DNA of 64,000 nt from Octopus bimaculoides (taxonomy: Eukaryota), in assembly GCF_001194135.2 (NCBI RefSeq), contig NC_068981.1:153928744-153992743 (forward strand), read 5' to 3'. This document shows positions 25,678-39,339 of the stretch, in pieces. The notes under the pieces are model-generated. The model was not told where the DNA came from and made no database searches. It worked only from the letters and a program-made list of their open reading frames with translations. The position numbers and the translations under genes were made by a program. Within the stretch, counting starts at the first letter, position 1. Each line of letters begins with the position of its first letter.

Positions 25678-27281
25678 CAGGGTGCGGCAAAATGATCTGA
25701 CACATTTGTAGATTAAATAAAACTGAAACAGAGAAAAGAACGAAAAATGTTTTTATTTATGAAATGTACATATAATGCCATTTTGTTTCAATCGGTGCCA
25801 TTTGTGACATTTTGTTTCATTTCATTTTCAGTTGCCAACATGACTTGGATGGGTAAGCATCATGCTTTCATTGTGGAAATGTTTGTCAAGAACAATGAAT
25901 CCATAACTGCAACATGAAGAGCGTTCTGTGTACACTTCAGGTTTGGTAGACATAATCCCATACCTACTTGAAACATGATTTTGTTATGGGTTACCAACTT
26001 CAGAGCAAGTGAATCAGCATTGAAACAAAAATCAATTGGCCGACCTCAGAATGCCAGAAGTCTGGAAAATGTGGCAGCGGTAAGAGCTTCAGTTCAACAT
26101 TCTCCACAACATTCTGCACGGAAACACACCGCTACTCTTAGGTTTTTTGATAGAAGTTTGCAAAGAAATCTTCACAACAAACTGCAAATGCATCCATACA
26201 AAATGGTTTTGCCACAAGAACTCAGCGAAAGAGACTTTGAAACTCACAGATCATTGTGTTTGGAAATTCAACAATATGTCTCCCATGAAGCTTTTGTGTT
26301 GTTTAGTAATGAAGCCCATTTTCACCTGTGTGGCAGCGTGAATATGCAAAATTTCTGATATTGGGCCGAGAACAACCCTTGTGAGTTGCACAAACATCCC
26401 TTGCATTGTTCTCGGGTGACCATATGGTGTGCAGTGGCAGAATTTAGCATTTGGGGACTGTACTTCTTCAAAGAGGACAATGTTACAGTGACTGTAAACT
26501 CTGATCGATATTGTGTGATGCTAGAGACTTTTCTGAAACCAAAATTGAATGAACTTGACAATAGGGACAATGTTTGCTTTTAACAGCCCACACTTCTTGA
26601 CATACTATGGGGATTTTTGTTGTGCATGGGAACTGAAAAGAGGTTCACCTACCTTCCTCTCATGGATGCCTGTCTAGCAGTAATCTCTCCGACAATCCTG
26701 CCCTACCCCTGTCACTCAGTATAAGCAGCTGCTATCTGACCAACCTGGGCGCAAATTCCCTAACGTCCATTCATGATACCTCTGGCAGGCAAAAAGAGAC
26801 CGATGCTCACCTCTCTTCCCCCACTTCTCCTCTTGTGCTTCCTCTTCCAGTCAGCCCCTTGACCATTGATGTCATGACCCTCTTCTGGCTCATCCCCACA
26901 ATTTTAAGGGAGATGTTCCCTGGTCATTTGATCTCATTGCACATTGACATCAGTTGGCTCACCTGATCACCTGATTTGAACCTGTGTGACATTTTTCAGT
27001 GAGGATACCTGAAATCAAAGGTATACACTCATTGCCCTCGATCTTTTGAGCAATTAAAAGATGCCATTCGTCAAGAAACTGGTGCCATTCCACATGAAAT
27101 GGACCCATCAAGTTATTGACAACTTTTGTGAATGCCTTCAACAATGATATAATTTTTAAAACCAAATGAAACAAAATGGCATTAGATGTACATTTAAAAA
27201 ATAAAAACATGTTTTTCGTTCTTTACTCTTTTTTGCTTTTATTAAAACTACAAATATCTCAGATCAATTTGCCGCACCCTG
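25678..27281 (+). mobile_element. Mariner-like transposon (rosa/DD41D-type), degenerate, with an internal ~300-bp insertion
   Basis: TA flanks; TIRs cagggtgcggcaaa...tttgccgcaccctg. Motifs FSNEAHFHLCGSVN, VTIWCAVAEFSIWGLYFF and SPDLNLCDIF. Unrelated sequence at about 26590-26895 replaces the second catalytic D region, so the family is inferred from flanking motifs. Confidence 0.85.
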
Positions 27282-27399
27282 TACATGCATACATTTACAC
27301 ACACACATACAGAGAGAGAGGTGGGGGCAGGGAGAGTCGCCTAAACTGAGACTCTGCTGATAAGTACTAAAACCTGTAGCTAAAGTTAAGGAAAATGTG

Positions 27400-27730
27400 T
27401 ATGCTTATCTCTCAGAATGTAAAGCAAGATATTACAAAAATTGTCCACCATCAACAGCAATAATCAACTAAATAAAGATGCAGAAGGCTAAGCATACTCT
27501 CATTGCTTTATCCATGTCTATAGACTTGAATGCCTTCCTAAGGCAGATTTCAGCATTGTGATTCTGCTTTGGGGTGTTGAATTGGACTTGTACGCAATGA
27601 TAATCCACATCCAAAAGTATATGGAATCAGACTTGATGAGTTAGAAGACCAGATGTCCTTGGGGACAAACACTGGGAGTTTCGCCTTGAAATAATTCTTC
27701 ATATACTTTAATCTCCATACTGGGGTAGTG
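27400..27730 (-). mobile_element. C-terminal maT-type transposase relic
   Basis: Minus-strand translation KAKLPVFVPKDIWSSNS...RKAFKSIDMDKAMRVC...IIAVDGGQF resembles the C-terminus of the 28740 element. Confidence 0.6.
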
Positions 27731-27789
27731 TTGGTTGAACATAATGTTATTTAGATGTTAATATTTAGCAATCCACCTGGTGGTTTGGA

Positions 27790-28737
27790 CAAATCCTCTT
27801 CAGTACAGTATATTGTCATTCATCAGCCTTTTGTCATTTCCTTCACAAGGTTCTGCCTCAAGTGAAGAGCAGTTTTCGCCACTTCATTTTATTCCCTCCA
27901 TTTATACACTTGAAGCTTTTAGTACTTTTGTTATACAACTGACATAACTTGCCTCAGGCCATTAATATTCCTTTGTTCACATACCCTAACATTACACATC
28001 TAGTGGAACACGCTTTCTATTTCTTTTAAGTCTTCACAGATCATTTGCATTCAAAGCCACCATCTCACTACCATACAACTATCACACTTTATACATAAGC
28101 ATCATGCAATCTGCTTTTTAGTCTAAAGAAAATCCTCTTTGTTGCCATCAGTGATCATAACTCAGACCCTGAACTTTTTTCAACCAAATCTTTCTCTCAT
28201 CACTGTGCTTTCTGAATATCCCTTCCTGCAGCTAATTTGGCTACTAGATAAAAAAAAACAATCATCTACTTTTAGGGAGCCTTGAGAGCATTTGAGAGAA
28301 TCTATTTCCTGTGAGTTTTTAGTGCTAGTATCTCTGTACCACATATAATTACCATTTCTGCTAGTCTATCTGTGATCCCACTACAGCTCTTGTGTGTTCA
28401 TAGTTTATATTGGACATACTGTATGGAATTTCTACTCACTCCTTTTCTGTATACAGAACATAGCCATTTCCCTGATAGTTGCAGAGTCCTGTCTTTTCTC
28501 CAACTTAATAATATTTTAATTGTTCTATTACAACTTAGAAGATTATAATGAACAGAAGAAGGCTGAGGACTGGGTTCTAATGGATCCCTATCTGAATGTT
28601 AAATTCATTGCTGTACTCATTGCTGACTTTCACCTTACTGACTGCACCTCTGTACATGGCTTGAACAGCTTTTGCAAGCCATTTGTTTAGACTGTGGAGC
28701 TAAGTCTAAGACCTTCTCTAGTCAACAATGTCAGGTA
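27790..28737 (-). mobile_element. Degenerate RTE LINE RT fragment
   Basis: Minus strand AVQAMYRGAVSKVKVSNEYSNEF...PVLSLLLFII is homologous to the RT of the 42714-45290 element. Confidence 0.7.
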
Positions 28738-28739
28738 TA

Positions 28740-30009
28740 CATGATCTTGCAGATAAATTGAGACCAATTCTAAACAGTTGACTTAGTGGGTTTAACATTT
28801 CATCTTCTGACAAAACCTTGCTTGAAAATCTAATCCTCCACTTTATTTTTCAGGTAAATATCAAATTGATTCGATAACAGAAAGTCACAGAACAACAGAA
28901 TCATTCCACCATTGTTGTTTTGGGGTGCACCAGGCATACTGTCAATAAAATTGTTAAGTTGACGAAATTTCCAAAAGCAACAGTTTACCGTGTGTATAAA
29001 CAACTTAAAGAAGTGGGAAAGATTGATAGAAAAAAGCACTAGACTCAAAGTGATTCCTAGCCCAATCCAAAGTTTCTCACTGGCCTCAAACACTTGATTG
29101 AAACCATCCCATCCACATCCATGACAACTCTTGCAAAGAAATGCAATGTAACCCTTTCTATGGTGTCCAAAGCTGTGAACAGTAACCTTGGCATGACTAG
29201 CTATGTTCGACAATGCCATCACCACCTAACAGCCAAGGCCAAAGCAATCAGAGCTGAGGGATGCCCAAAGCTTCTGTCATTTATCAAGCATCAAGGTGTA
29301 GGAAAAACTCTTGTGTTTGTGGACAAGAAGAAGTTCACTGTGGATGCGAAGATGAATCACAGAAATTCTCAAGTGATTGCATACAACCCTTCTGATATCC
29401 CCCTGCTTTTGAGACTAAGAATCCTGCTTCTGTGATGGTATTTGGAGCTGTGAGTGACGGAAGTGTCATGGATCCACACTTCATTGAATCTGGCTTGAAG
29501 ATCAGCACAAAGGAGTATCTGGACATCCTGAAGAACTCTCTATTACTTTGGATGGAGCAGAAGTTTGGGCTTGACAATGTGGTGCTTATTCAAGATTCTG
29601 CACCATGCCAGGAGTCAAAAGCAACACAGGCCTTTCTTGATGAGAAGGTGCCATTTTTTGTGAGGGCCAATATCTGACTCAGTAATATCCCAGATCTCAA
29701 CCATCTCAGTTACTTTTTATAAGGCATACTTCAAGCAACGACCCATGCTTCACCACACTCAAGTGTCAACAGTTTGAAGACCTGCATCATGCATGTAACA
29801 TGCAAAATCAAAAAGGTGTAGATTGTGGCAGCTACAAAAAAATTTCGTTTTTGTGTGGAGGCAGTAATTGCTCAAATGGGTAGCCATATTGAGTAATAAA
29901 TATTTTTGTTGTAATAAATGTTACATTAAAATTATATCTGTCTACTACCATTTTTTATAACCAGTTTTATGCATTGTAAAAATTGTCTCAATTTATCTGC
30001 AAGACCCTG
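28740..30009 (+). mobile_element. Mariner-like transposon (DD37D/maT-type), degenerate, inserted at the edge of an RTE relic
   Basis: TA flanks; TIRs catgatcttgcagataaattgagac / gtctcaatttatctgcaagaccctg. Motifs FVDKKKFTVD, MVFGAVS, QDSAPC...PDLNHL, with 37 residues to the third catalytic position. Confidence 0.85.
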
Positions 30010-33000
30010 TAGGCCATATACTTCTGCAATTGTTACAGTTTTGGTATGGTTACCATGGCTGAATACCCTTCCTAATGTCAGTCGCTTTACAGAGTGTAGT
30101 GGAAGCTTTTCTGTGCCACCAGCACAACTGAGATCATCTTGCAACTAACTGGCAAGACTAATGAACCACCAATGACTGAAAGAAGAATATAAGAGAGATG
30201 TTGATTTTAGTTAAAGGTGCTAAGAGGTGAGATATGATGAAAGGAGCAGATTTATTATCGTGATGGAGTAATATAGGGAGAATAACTGAGTAGATACTGA
30301 TGGGAGGGATGGAATGGAATGACAGGGAAAAGGCAAGGAAGAAGAAGTAGTATCAGGGATATGAGGGAGGGAGGGAGGGAGGGAAGAGGCATAGGGAGGG
30401 GGAGAGAGAATAGAAGGCTGATGGGATTGATTGTGTAAGAGGTATTTAGTGCTATCCAATGTTATAAGGGTGAATGTGGGTAGAAAGTGAGAGGAAGTGG
30501 GGATGAGATAAAGAAAGAGATGAGAGTAACAAGGATCTGGAGAGGTTGTGTGAAAAGGGACATTACATACTAAGGGAGGTGTGAGAGAGCTGTAAGGGTG
30601 GTAGAAAAGGAGAGATGAGAAAGCGTTAAGTTGGTAAATAGGCTGTGAGAAGCTGGTGAGGGAAAGATTGGCAGTGAGTGAATGTAGGAAGAGAAAAGAG
30701 AGACAGCAGGGGACCACAGAGGTGTGGGGAAAATAGAGGTTGAATGCAGTTTAAAGCATCTCAAGAGAAAGAAAGGCAGGTGAAAGCAATAAACTGATGC
30801 ATTGAAAGCACCCCACCCATCTCCCCTTCTTAACGTTCACACTGTTCAGCTTGCACCCAAAAATGGGTTTTCTCAAATACAGTATGTCACCAATTGCTGC
30901 AATTCCCAGCCATCGCTTCTGTGAGGTTCAGCATCTTGAGATCAGATTTCATCTTTTTGTCCCATGTTGTTCTAAGTCTTCCTTTTCCACAAGGCCCTTC
31001 AGTTTTAAACACTCAGCCCTATTTTATGCAGCTGTCATATGTCATAAACATAATTTTTTTCTATTGCAAACTACATCAGATTCCTCTCATACACAGTTTT
31101 TCTCTGTGGTCATTTGTACCGTGTTGATCATACACACTGATAATACAATTCTATGATTAAGAGATGAGGAATTATGTACATTATTTACATTTGACGGGAT
31201 ATTTGTCCTCATCTTGTTAGTTGTTAACACAACGTTTTGGCTGATATATCCTCCAGCCTTAGGAATGAGAACCCAGGTTCGAAATTTCCCCCAAGACACC
31301 TAATGGTGTCTTGGGGAAACATACACACTAACTTTACATATCCAGTACAAAATGTCCAACCTAATTTCTGTCTAGTCTTTACAAATCCCCTGCACTCAGA
31401 TTTCGGGTCTCGCTACCATGTAGCATGGTACTTGACACACAAGCATCAATCTGTCCTTTGTTGCCAACAGAGGGAATAACTCACTTAATTCAGCACTAGT
31501 TCTTTCTCTGGTTACTATGTTTTCAAAATAACAGCTCCCACAGCAAATTATATCACCTAGGTAACTAAAGCTATTGACTACTTCTATAGAACCTTCTGAG
31601 CAGTTGAGAGAATTTACCTCCTGAGTGCTCTTCGTGCTTAATATTCTGACTACTTGTCACATATGAAGGCTATTTATGCTGTTAGCCTGTCTGTGATTCC
31701 ACTACACCTCTTGTGCGTCTACCGCTTACCACTACTGGTTACACGTACGAAGTTTTTACCTACTTTTTTCAGCATGCGAGCACGGCCTTTTCCTAGATGG
31801 TTGTAGATTCTTGTCTTAAAACTATATATTCCCTCTATTTCGTATATCGAATGTGTTTGGGGGAATGGATCGTGCGCTACATCCGATCACCCCACATATA
31901 TACACATGCTCTCTGCGTGCATGTTTACATTTTAAACTACGAAAAATACGCGGATATAAAACATTACATAACACGTTCAAATATATTTTAAAAACCTTGA
32001 TTCCCTTCATTTAAAACAAACATGGAATCATTATTTAACCCAAAGTTAATCAACATTCGATAAAAGAAAATTAACACTAGTTATTTAGTTATAGAGCTAA
32101 ATTTAATATAATCTTAGTCGTTTAACCCTGCGTCAGTTTCGATCGAGTAGACTTGTTACAGAAGACTTTCCAACCTTTTCTTTTAGTCATAGTTAGGACA
32201 ACATTATCTTCTATATCTTTCTTTTAATGACAATATTGTGTACTGTGAATGAGATTCGGCTACTATTTCTACGAAATCGAGAGATCTCTCTCGTTGGATC
32301 GTTTAGAGTTAAATTTATCAGCTACAGATTCTACCAAAAGTTTAGAATTCACAAAACAACCAATTCGAATAGGTTCAGTGACTTAGAACTGAAATAAACT
32401 TCTAAAACAAAATTCAAAATTAAAAATGAACGCTACTATGACATCACTGATCAGGTGGTTAAAAATCTCTTCAAAGATTTAAAAAAAGTTTTGAAACAAT
32501 TTAGTGTGTGAAAAAAAATATAACATCGGAGTTGTAAATAGTAAGCGAAATGTGTAAAAGAGATGTAATTAATGAAAATATGCATCACCGAGATGTAAAT
32601 GTGAACAAAGGGACGCTACTCTTACTTTTTTTCGTTAACCATCTTAGTAATTTTTTTTTTCTTTCGTTTCGAAACAAAAAAGTAAAAACAAGGAAAAATA
32701 TAACAAATGAGTTTTCACCGAACATAAAATGCTAAAGCTGGCCAAGTTAACAGAATATTAGACTGCCACCAGAAGGGTCGATTGTTCGTATCACGTTACT
32801 GGAACTATTTCATGCCTACTTCTGATGTAGTTTCTCTCAAAAGCCCCAATGGCTAGGTAAGAATTACTAGTGTAAATAGTGTCTAATTGATGAGTGTTTG
32901 GTTGACATGTAGTCCTGAATTTAAATTTTGAAATAGATGTATAGATGCGAGAGGGATTGGCTCTGCCAACTTGTTTAAGTCTTCAGTGATGTTGAAGTCT

Positions 33001-33214
33001 TCAGTGATGTTCTTAGGAATCCACCAATGCTAATTGCATAAAACCCATGCAAGGATGAATAAGTGAGTCGATTTCAAAGGCACAATTACAGAGCATTTAT
33101 GTAAATAATAACATTTGTAATATACAGATATGCAAAAAACGTTTGTGTTCTATGAGAAGAATTTAGTTCTGACTTTTCAGGTAGTACCTTTCTTCAGACA
33201 GTATCATCTTGAGT

Positions 33215-34028
33215 TATCATCATCATCATCGTTTAACGTCCGTTTTCTATGCTGGCATGGGTTGGACGGTTCGACTGGGGTCAGGGAAGCCAGGAGGCTG
33301 CATCAGGCCCCAATCTGATCTGGCAGTGTTTCTACAGCTGGATGCCCTTCCTAATGCCAACCACTCCGAGAGTGTAGTGGGTGCTTTTTACGTGCCACCG
33401 GCACAACGGGCCAGAGCAGCTGGCATCGACCACTATTGGATAGTGCTTTTTACATGCCACCAGCACAGAAGGCAAGTCAAGGCGGCACTGGTATCGGCCA
33501 CATTCGGATGGTGCTTTTTACGTGCTACCGGCATGGGGCTCACGACTACAATTTCCATTTGATTTGGTCAGTGGCTCTCAGCAGGTTGTCCCGTAGAAAC
33601 CTCCAGTTGTCTTCCACATTATGTGATGCTATATACCCTCCTATTTCGTCGAAGGCTTCGAGTAATACTTAAAATATCCTCCTTTTCAAAATGGTAGGAT
33701 ATGATGTGAGGGAAATTTGGCTAATATTTCTCAATAGATCAAGCATTTACATAGAGGCTCCTCTTTTATTAATACTGTTCTAATTATTACTATGCTGATT
33801 AACAACAACTAATAGTCAAGCTACATGAAGTCGTAATCATGGCCAGTGCCAATGACACGTAAAAGGCACCCAGTACTGTTTGTAGAGTGGATGGCATTAG
33901 GAAGGGCAGTCAGCCATAGAAACCAAGCCAAACCAGATTGGAGCCAGGTGCAGCTCTCCAGTTTACCAGTACCACCCAAACTGTCTAACCCATGCCAGCA
34001 TGAGAAATGGTCGTTAAATGATGATGAA
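33215..34028. mobile_element. Divergent pair of RTE 3'-tail copies (33215-33570 minus, 33830-34028 plus)
   Basis: Shared ggaagggcatccagctgtagaaac core in opposite orientations. Other tail copies lie at about 440-735, 1770-1965, 11330-11470, 12190-12335 and 23520-23815. Confidence 0.75.
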
Positions 34029-35938
34029 TAGTGATAACGATTTGTCACATTAGCACAAGGTTACAAATTTAAAATAAACAAAATTTCTGACTAAACAGGT
34101 AAGGGTTGGTAACAGGAAGAGTGTTTAGTCATAAACTGCTGCCCTGAATATATCCCCAAGCAATCCATGTTTGCATAGATAAATTGATGTTAAAAGAAGA
34201 AAAGAACAAGAAAAGAATATGCCTAGTTAAGCCAACAAAGTTATTGGATATTATTTTATCAACACCAGAGAAATGGTAAAAAAAAAAATCTACTCAAGTG
34301 AGACATGAACTTGGAATGTAGATGAACAAAACTAATTACTGCAAGGTGTTTTAATTTGAATCTACAGACTAGATTATTCTCATAGCTGAAGGTGTGTGGC
34401 GTTGTGCTTAGGGTATTTGACCCATGACTGCAAGGTCGTGAGTTCAATTCCTGGCAACACATCAGGTCCTTGAGCAAGACACAATGTTACAATGCATTAA
34501 AATCCCTTAATAAAATGATTGTAGCAATACCACATAATCCATATATATACATCCGTTTGTTTGTGTTGAATGAATGAGAGAGGATTGCTCAGAGCATGTA
34601 GAGGATTTAGCGTTTTTTAAATTTTTTTATTGAAACTGAAACTAATAGTTTGATTCGTTTCATAATTAATGCATTGAGCTTTTAAACTAGAGGCAATAAC
34701 ATAGTGGGGAAAAACAAAGCAATACTTTGCTGCTGAAGTTATAATGCGATCACATGTCTAGACTTGTTTCCTGCAGTTACCTAAGTAATTAAAATCATAT
34801 TGGTCAATAACTAATATTAGTTTTCTTCTATATGGATGTAAAAAGCAGTACCAGACTTGAATGATAACAGCTAGAAAGAGGTGAAGAGGCTTGATGAAGC
34901 ATATGTCCCTCAGTGAACTGCAATGTTAAAAGAGAATATTAATGTTTTTCTAACTGCATAAATTATTACTAGTTCGCTTTTTAATGCTCCTCAGATTAAA
35001 CAGATTAACATAACGATCGTTTTTCATCTATATGACATCGCTGAGCAACTTACTTCCAACTCAATTTTTGTTTTCTACTTAAGTTAGTTTGTAATCTTGT
35101 CCGTTTATGTAGTGAACCTCCAGTCGCTAATTTGACAAGTACGGTGAAGTCTATACTTCACTAATGAAGTCATAATGAGCCCAAATAATGTCTGGAGTTG
35201 CACCTGTAAGAATCAAAATAAGATTAATCTCTTACTTTGACACAAAGCCACAGATTCTGGGTAGGAGTATAATCGATTAAATCGAACCCAATTGTTCATA
35301 AACATTCCAATGTTTTATCGAACCTGGAAGGATGTAAGGCAAATTTGACCTTGAAAGTAAGGCTGTAAATATAGATGCTATAAAGAATTTTCTCAATACC
35401 GGAATGGTATTGTTTTCCTCACCGCATAATCATTTCTAGTAAGCTTTTAGATGTTTTCATTAACTTAGCTATTGTGTCTCACATACATGACGTCTGTGAG
35501 TGAGAATATTTATTTTAACAGAGCTTTTAATCAGTTTCTTTTCTTTTTTTTTTTTGAAAAATTGAAATTTTACTAACCAATTTTTTTCAGAATCGTAATC
35601 TTCGTATTTTTCTACGTATTTCGCAAAAAAACAGGAAAAGTGAAAAAATGCGATTTTTAAAACTTTTCTTCAGAATCGGATCCTCCATAACCAAAAACGT
35701 GGGATTCCGTAAAAAAAATCAATATATATCCATTTTACCGAAAGTTATGACGGAAAAATCGGATCTTGTGAATTTTCCGAAAGTCCTCTCCTCACCCCCC
35801 CNNNNNNNNNNNNNNNNNNNNNNCTCGGGTGGTCAACGCGCATTTTTTTTCATATTCGGTTTCCACATACTTGTTAACACCCCCCACCCCAGCTGGTTAA
35901 TTTTTTTTTTGTTCCCGGGTGAGGATCTTTATATTGAC

Positions 35939-35983
35939 CCGAATTCCACGCTCTGAGAACTTTCAAGAGAGCGTGGAATTCGG
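35939..35983. repeat. Perfect 16-bp hairpin
   Basis: ccgaattccacgctct (35939-35954) / agagcgtggaattcgg (35968-35983), 13-nt loop. Confidence 0.9.
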
Positions 35984-38177
35984 ATTCTGCGGTTTCGTTT
36001 TATTACCGACACACTTCATCTTCTCAGACTGAAAATTATTAAAAAAAGAAAAAAGAAGAAGAAAAAAGAGAAAGAAAGAAAGAGAACGACATGAAAAGAC
36101 AAGCGTTGTTAGGTAAATAACACTAGCTGATGTTTGCGTCATAAACAACGAAATAACATGCTTCACCGCTAGAGTTCTTTGTTGTGAATGGAGTATAATG
36201 TTATAATTTAGTGCCAGGTGAGCTCTGAATGAGCAGACCTACAATCAAAGGCATTCCAGTTATGACCAACCTATCTTTCCTAGGACTACATTATCCGACT
36301 GTCCTGTCTTTTGTTTTCTAACACGGTAGGGCATGGTTGAAGGACATTTGATTGTTATTTCTAGCAAGACGATCCACCGCGAAGAAGACCATCTAGTTAT
36401 TTAAATCGGTGATTATCATAAAATGTAAGGGACATTATATTTAAGTACGAAGGATAGGGCAAAATACAATTTGGTTAAAAGAAAATATTGTCTAACAATT
36501 GTTTACATTGATCAAGCCGGTGATATGAAGTCCATGTGATAAATGTATTTCCGGTAGAGAGTGCTTCCTGTTTGATCGCTGCTAGCAAGTCGTTTGTGTA
36601 TTTATCTTTCTCCATCATGTTTTGTCTTCTTTCACATATTTATAGCTTTAAAATGCCGCTTTGCTTCTCGTCTACATTCTGTCAACAGCAACCGCTGTAT
36701 CATCTTGCATGGATACCAACAACTGCAAATGAAGTGAAATAAAGTGAAGCAATCACTAAATCTTATGTTAAAACGGGAACAATTCTACTTCAACATAGGA
36801 AGGCGACCTCTAACGGAAACCAATTATTTCTTACACACCTTCTTCTTACGTAAATATAGAGTTTTCTTTGATATTAATCCATATGTATGTATTCTTAGAT
36901 GTGGTATATTATTTTTATGCCACGTAGGTATTTACTAATCCCTTTATGCAAACAGTTGACCTTTCATTTTGTACATTCCATGTTCCTATCAACACCAGTT
37001 TCCAACCTGTTAAATGTGTTAGTTTCAATATTCTGTTTCTGTTATTTTCTTAGGCTTCCGCAGCTTTACACATGTCATTCATTCATATTTTTCTATCGTC
37101 CCATTTTTTGCCTCTTGGAATATTGAAAGTTATCGTTTCAATTTCTGCAAAATATTCTCAGCTTCGTCTAGTTTAAAAGGAAAATATGGAAATATGTTAT
37201 ATTTTTACGTTAGAGGACAACTATAGCTTGTTTTATTATTCGTGTACAATGACAAACTGAATTGACTGAATTCAGCTACCCATAGATTTGCACATACAAT
37301 GATTATTTTTTTAAATAAAAATATTTCATCCATTCATTTTCCTGTATTTCTTCACCTTTCACACTTGAAACTTCCCATTATATCTCCATGTATTTACCCA
37401 TCGTTTCTAATGTTGTTATCCATCATAATAATTTTACTATGCCATTCCAAATATATATCTGTTAACCTGTATATATATATATATACACACACACACACCT
37501 GTTAAGCTCTATTCTCTCTATGAAACATCTTTACTCTCTCCAACAATAAGAAAAGATATAGTTTATTTACCTATAGTATTCATCTCTACTCTGTTGTGTT
37601 GACGATCGTAAATTACGATTAAATAAATCCAAGTGCAATTAGAGAGTAGACCGACAAGCAGCTTGTATATCGATGTCTAGCCATGTGCTTAATTTTGCAT
37701 GCAACTCTGCATTCAATTAAGTTAATAAGTTGTACATATTGTCTGTGTATGAAGTAACTTCATTAATTCTGTCATTGTGGTTTACAGTTCAAATAGATTT
37801 CGTTTTGGGGTGATTTTTTGTTGTTGTTATTTTTGTTAAAATACGTGCTAGACGATAAAGAGTTGAACTTAGGATTCCTTTTAGGCTCTCCGATATTTGT
37901 AGAAGGAAAGGAAAAGTTATTCTCAGGCTGGAGACCTGAATGCTCGCAACAAAGTAAACTCCGATAAAGGGCTGAGAGTCGTATTAAACCGGCGGGTGCT
38001 TAAGTCTTCCACTCATTGTATCACTAGTGTCCAAATATTCCTTTTTTAAACGATTCAACACAATTCCACACATTGTGGAGAAGGTCACCCATTAATGGGA
38101 AGGATGAAAGATGAAGTGAATTCTAAGGTGTTTGAACACGAAACACAAAAAATGTTATTTCGTATAGCAAAGTATTT

Positions 38178-38604
38178 GGTGGGTAGTAAAGGACATGGAC
38201 TGCACTCGCTTTTGGTTATTTTTATTTTTTTCTACAGAAACCCACCTTTTCGACTCCGAATCTGAAAGAAGAAATCGGCATTTCAAAAGACCCGCAACCA
38301 CATGCTCACTTTCTGTCACAGATGCGCTGACGGAGTGGAGGGGGTGTTAATTTATTTATTTTTGAAAAATTGAAATTTTAGCAATTTTTTTTTTCAGAAT
38401 CATAATCTCCGTATTTTTCTACGTATTTCGCCAAAAGAAAAAAAAAAAAGAATTCTAAAAAAAGTGGAAAATTGGGAGAGGATTCAAATTTAGAAATGCT
38501 GATTTTTTTTTGCAGATTCGGAATCTCCGCAGTTGAAAAAGTGGGTTTCTGTAGGAACCTTCCCCCCACGAAAGGCGGTGCGGTTCATGTCCTTTACCTC
38601 CGCC
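38178..38604. mobile_element. Unclassified ~430-bp foldback/MITE with long imperfect inverted ends
   Basis: 38178-38287 is the reverse complement of about 38492-38604; flanks agtattt / tgtattt. The internal part 38361-38440 recurs at 35553-35635. Confidence 0.6.
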
Positions 38605-39339
38605 TGTATTTGTACCCAGCTCTGTTGAGTTTGCCTATTGTCACTAAAAATAATTTTAAAATTTAGGTAGAAGTCTAGTTGTTTTGTAAGGCAAGGGCTT
38701 AGTCAATACCAGCAACAAAGTACTTGACTGGTTCTTTATTTTATCGATTCTCCAAGAAAAGCAAAGTTGACCTTGGCGCGATTTGAACTCAGGATGTTAA
38801 GACTGGGAGCAAATACTACAAGGCATTTTTTTCTATTGTTCTATCAATTCTGCCAATCCACTACCTTATTATTATTGAGTTCAAATTCCCCCGAGGTCGA
38901 CTTTGCCTTTCGTCCTTTTGGGGTCGATAAATAAGTACCAGTTGTGTAATGGGGGCAATCTAATTGACAGGCCTTCTCCCCCAAAATTTCAGGCCTTGTG
39001 CCTAGAGTAGAAAAGAATTGACTAGTCTCCTCCCCCAAATTTCAGGCCTTGTGCCTATAGTAGAAAGGATTATTATTATTATTATTGTTTCTGATATAGG
39101 CTAAAGGACACGAGTTGTCAGAAAGTAAGTAGAGTTGATTAAATCGATCCCTGTACCTGAACGAGGATGATTTTATTTACCACGATTCAAATTACAAAGC
39201 ATTTAACTACACCAGTGAAAAGAAAACAGAGACGTACAAAAACCGAAAGATAATTTATACTAAACAATCCAAAAGCTTTTACACAAACTGAAACACAGAC
39301 ACACACACAACGTAGATAGTTTGTTATGTAAGTGATCTA

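Larger units (their letters stand above)
31740..39327. promoter_or_regulatory. CpG-retaining block, putative unmethylated divergent promoter/intergenic region
   Basis: Frequent CpG in unique sequence, unlike both flanks. Outward-facing donor-like sites at the edges: GTAAGC on minus at 31729-31724 and GTAAGT on plus at 39328. No transcript evidence. Confidence 0.4.

Noticed and set aside
27545-27720. 55-codon minus-strand frame after a plausible acceptor, initially read as a host exon
   Set aside because: It aligns with the maT-type transposase C-terminus (KDIWSSNS...AVDGG).
30200-30800. 165-aa Ser/Pro/Leu-rich ORF in a purine-rich tract (a similar tract at 24000-24660)
   Set aside because: Compositional bias of a degenerate repeat; no motif could be supported.
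31560-31880. GIY-YIG or LINE-like reading (IYEIEGIYSFKTRIYNH) on the minus strand
   Set aside because: The similarity is too weak to call by eye; kept only as a possible first exon in the findings.
35939-36010. Canonical Helitron 3' end
   Set aside because: No CTRR terminus lies about 10-15 nt beyond the hairpin on either strand.
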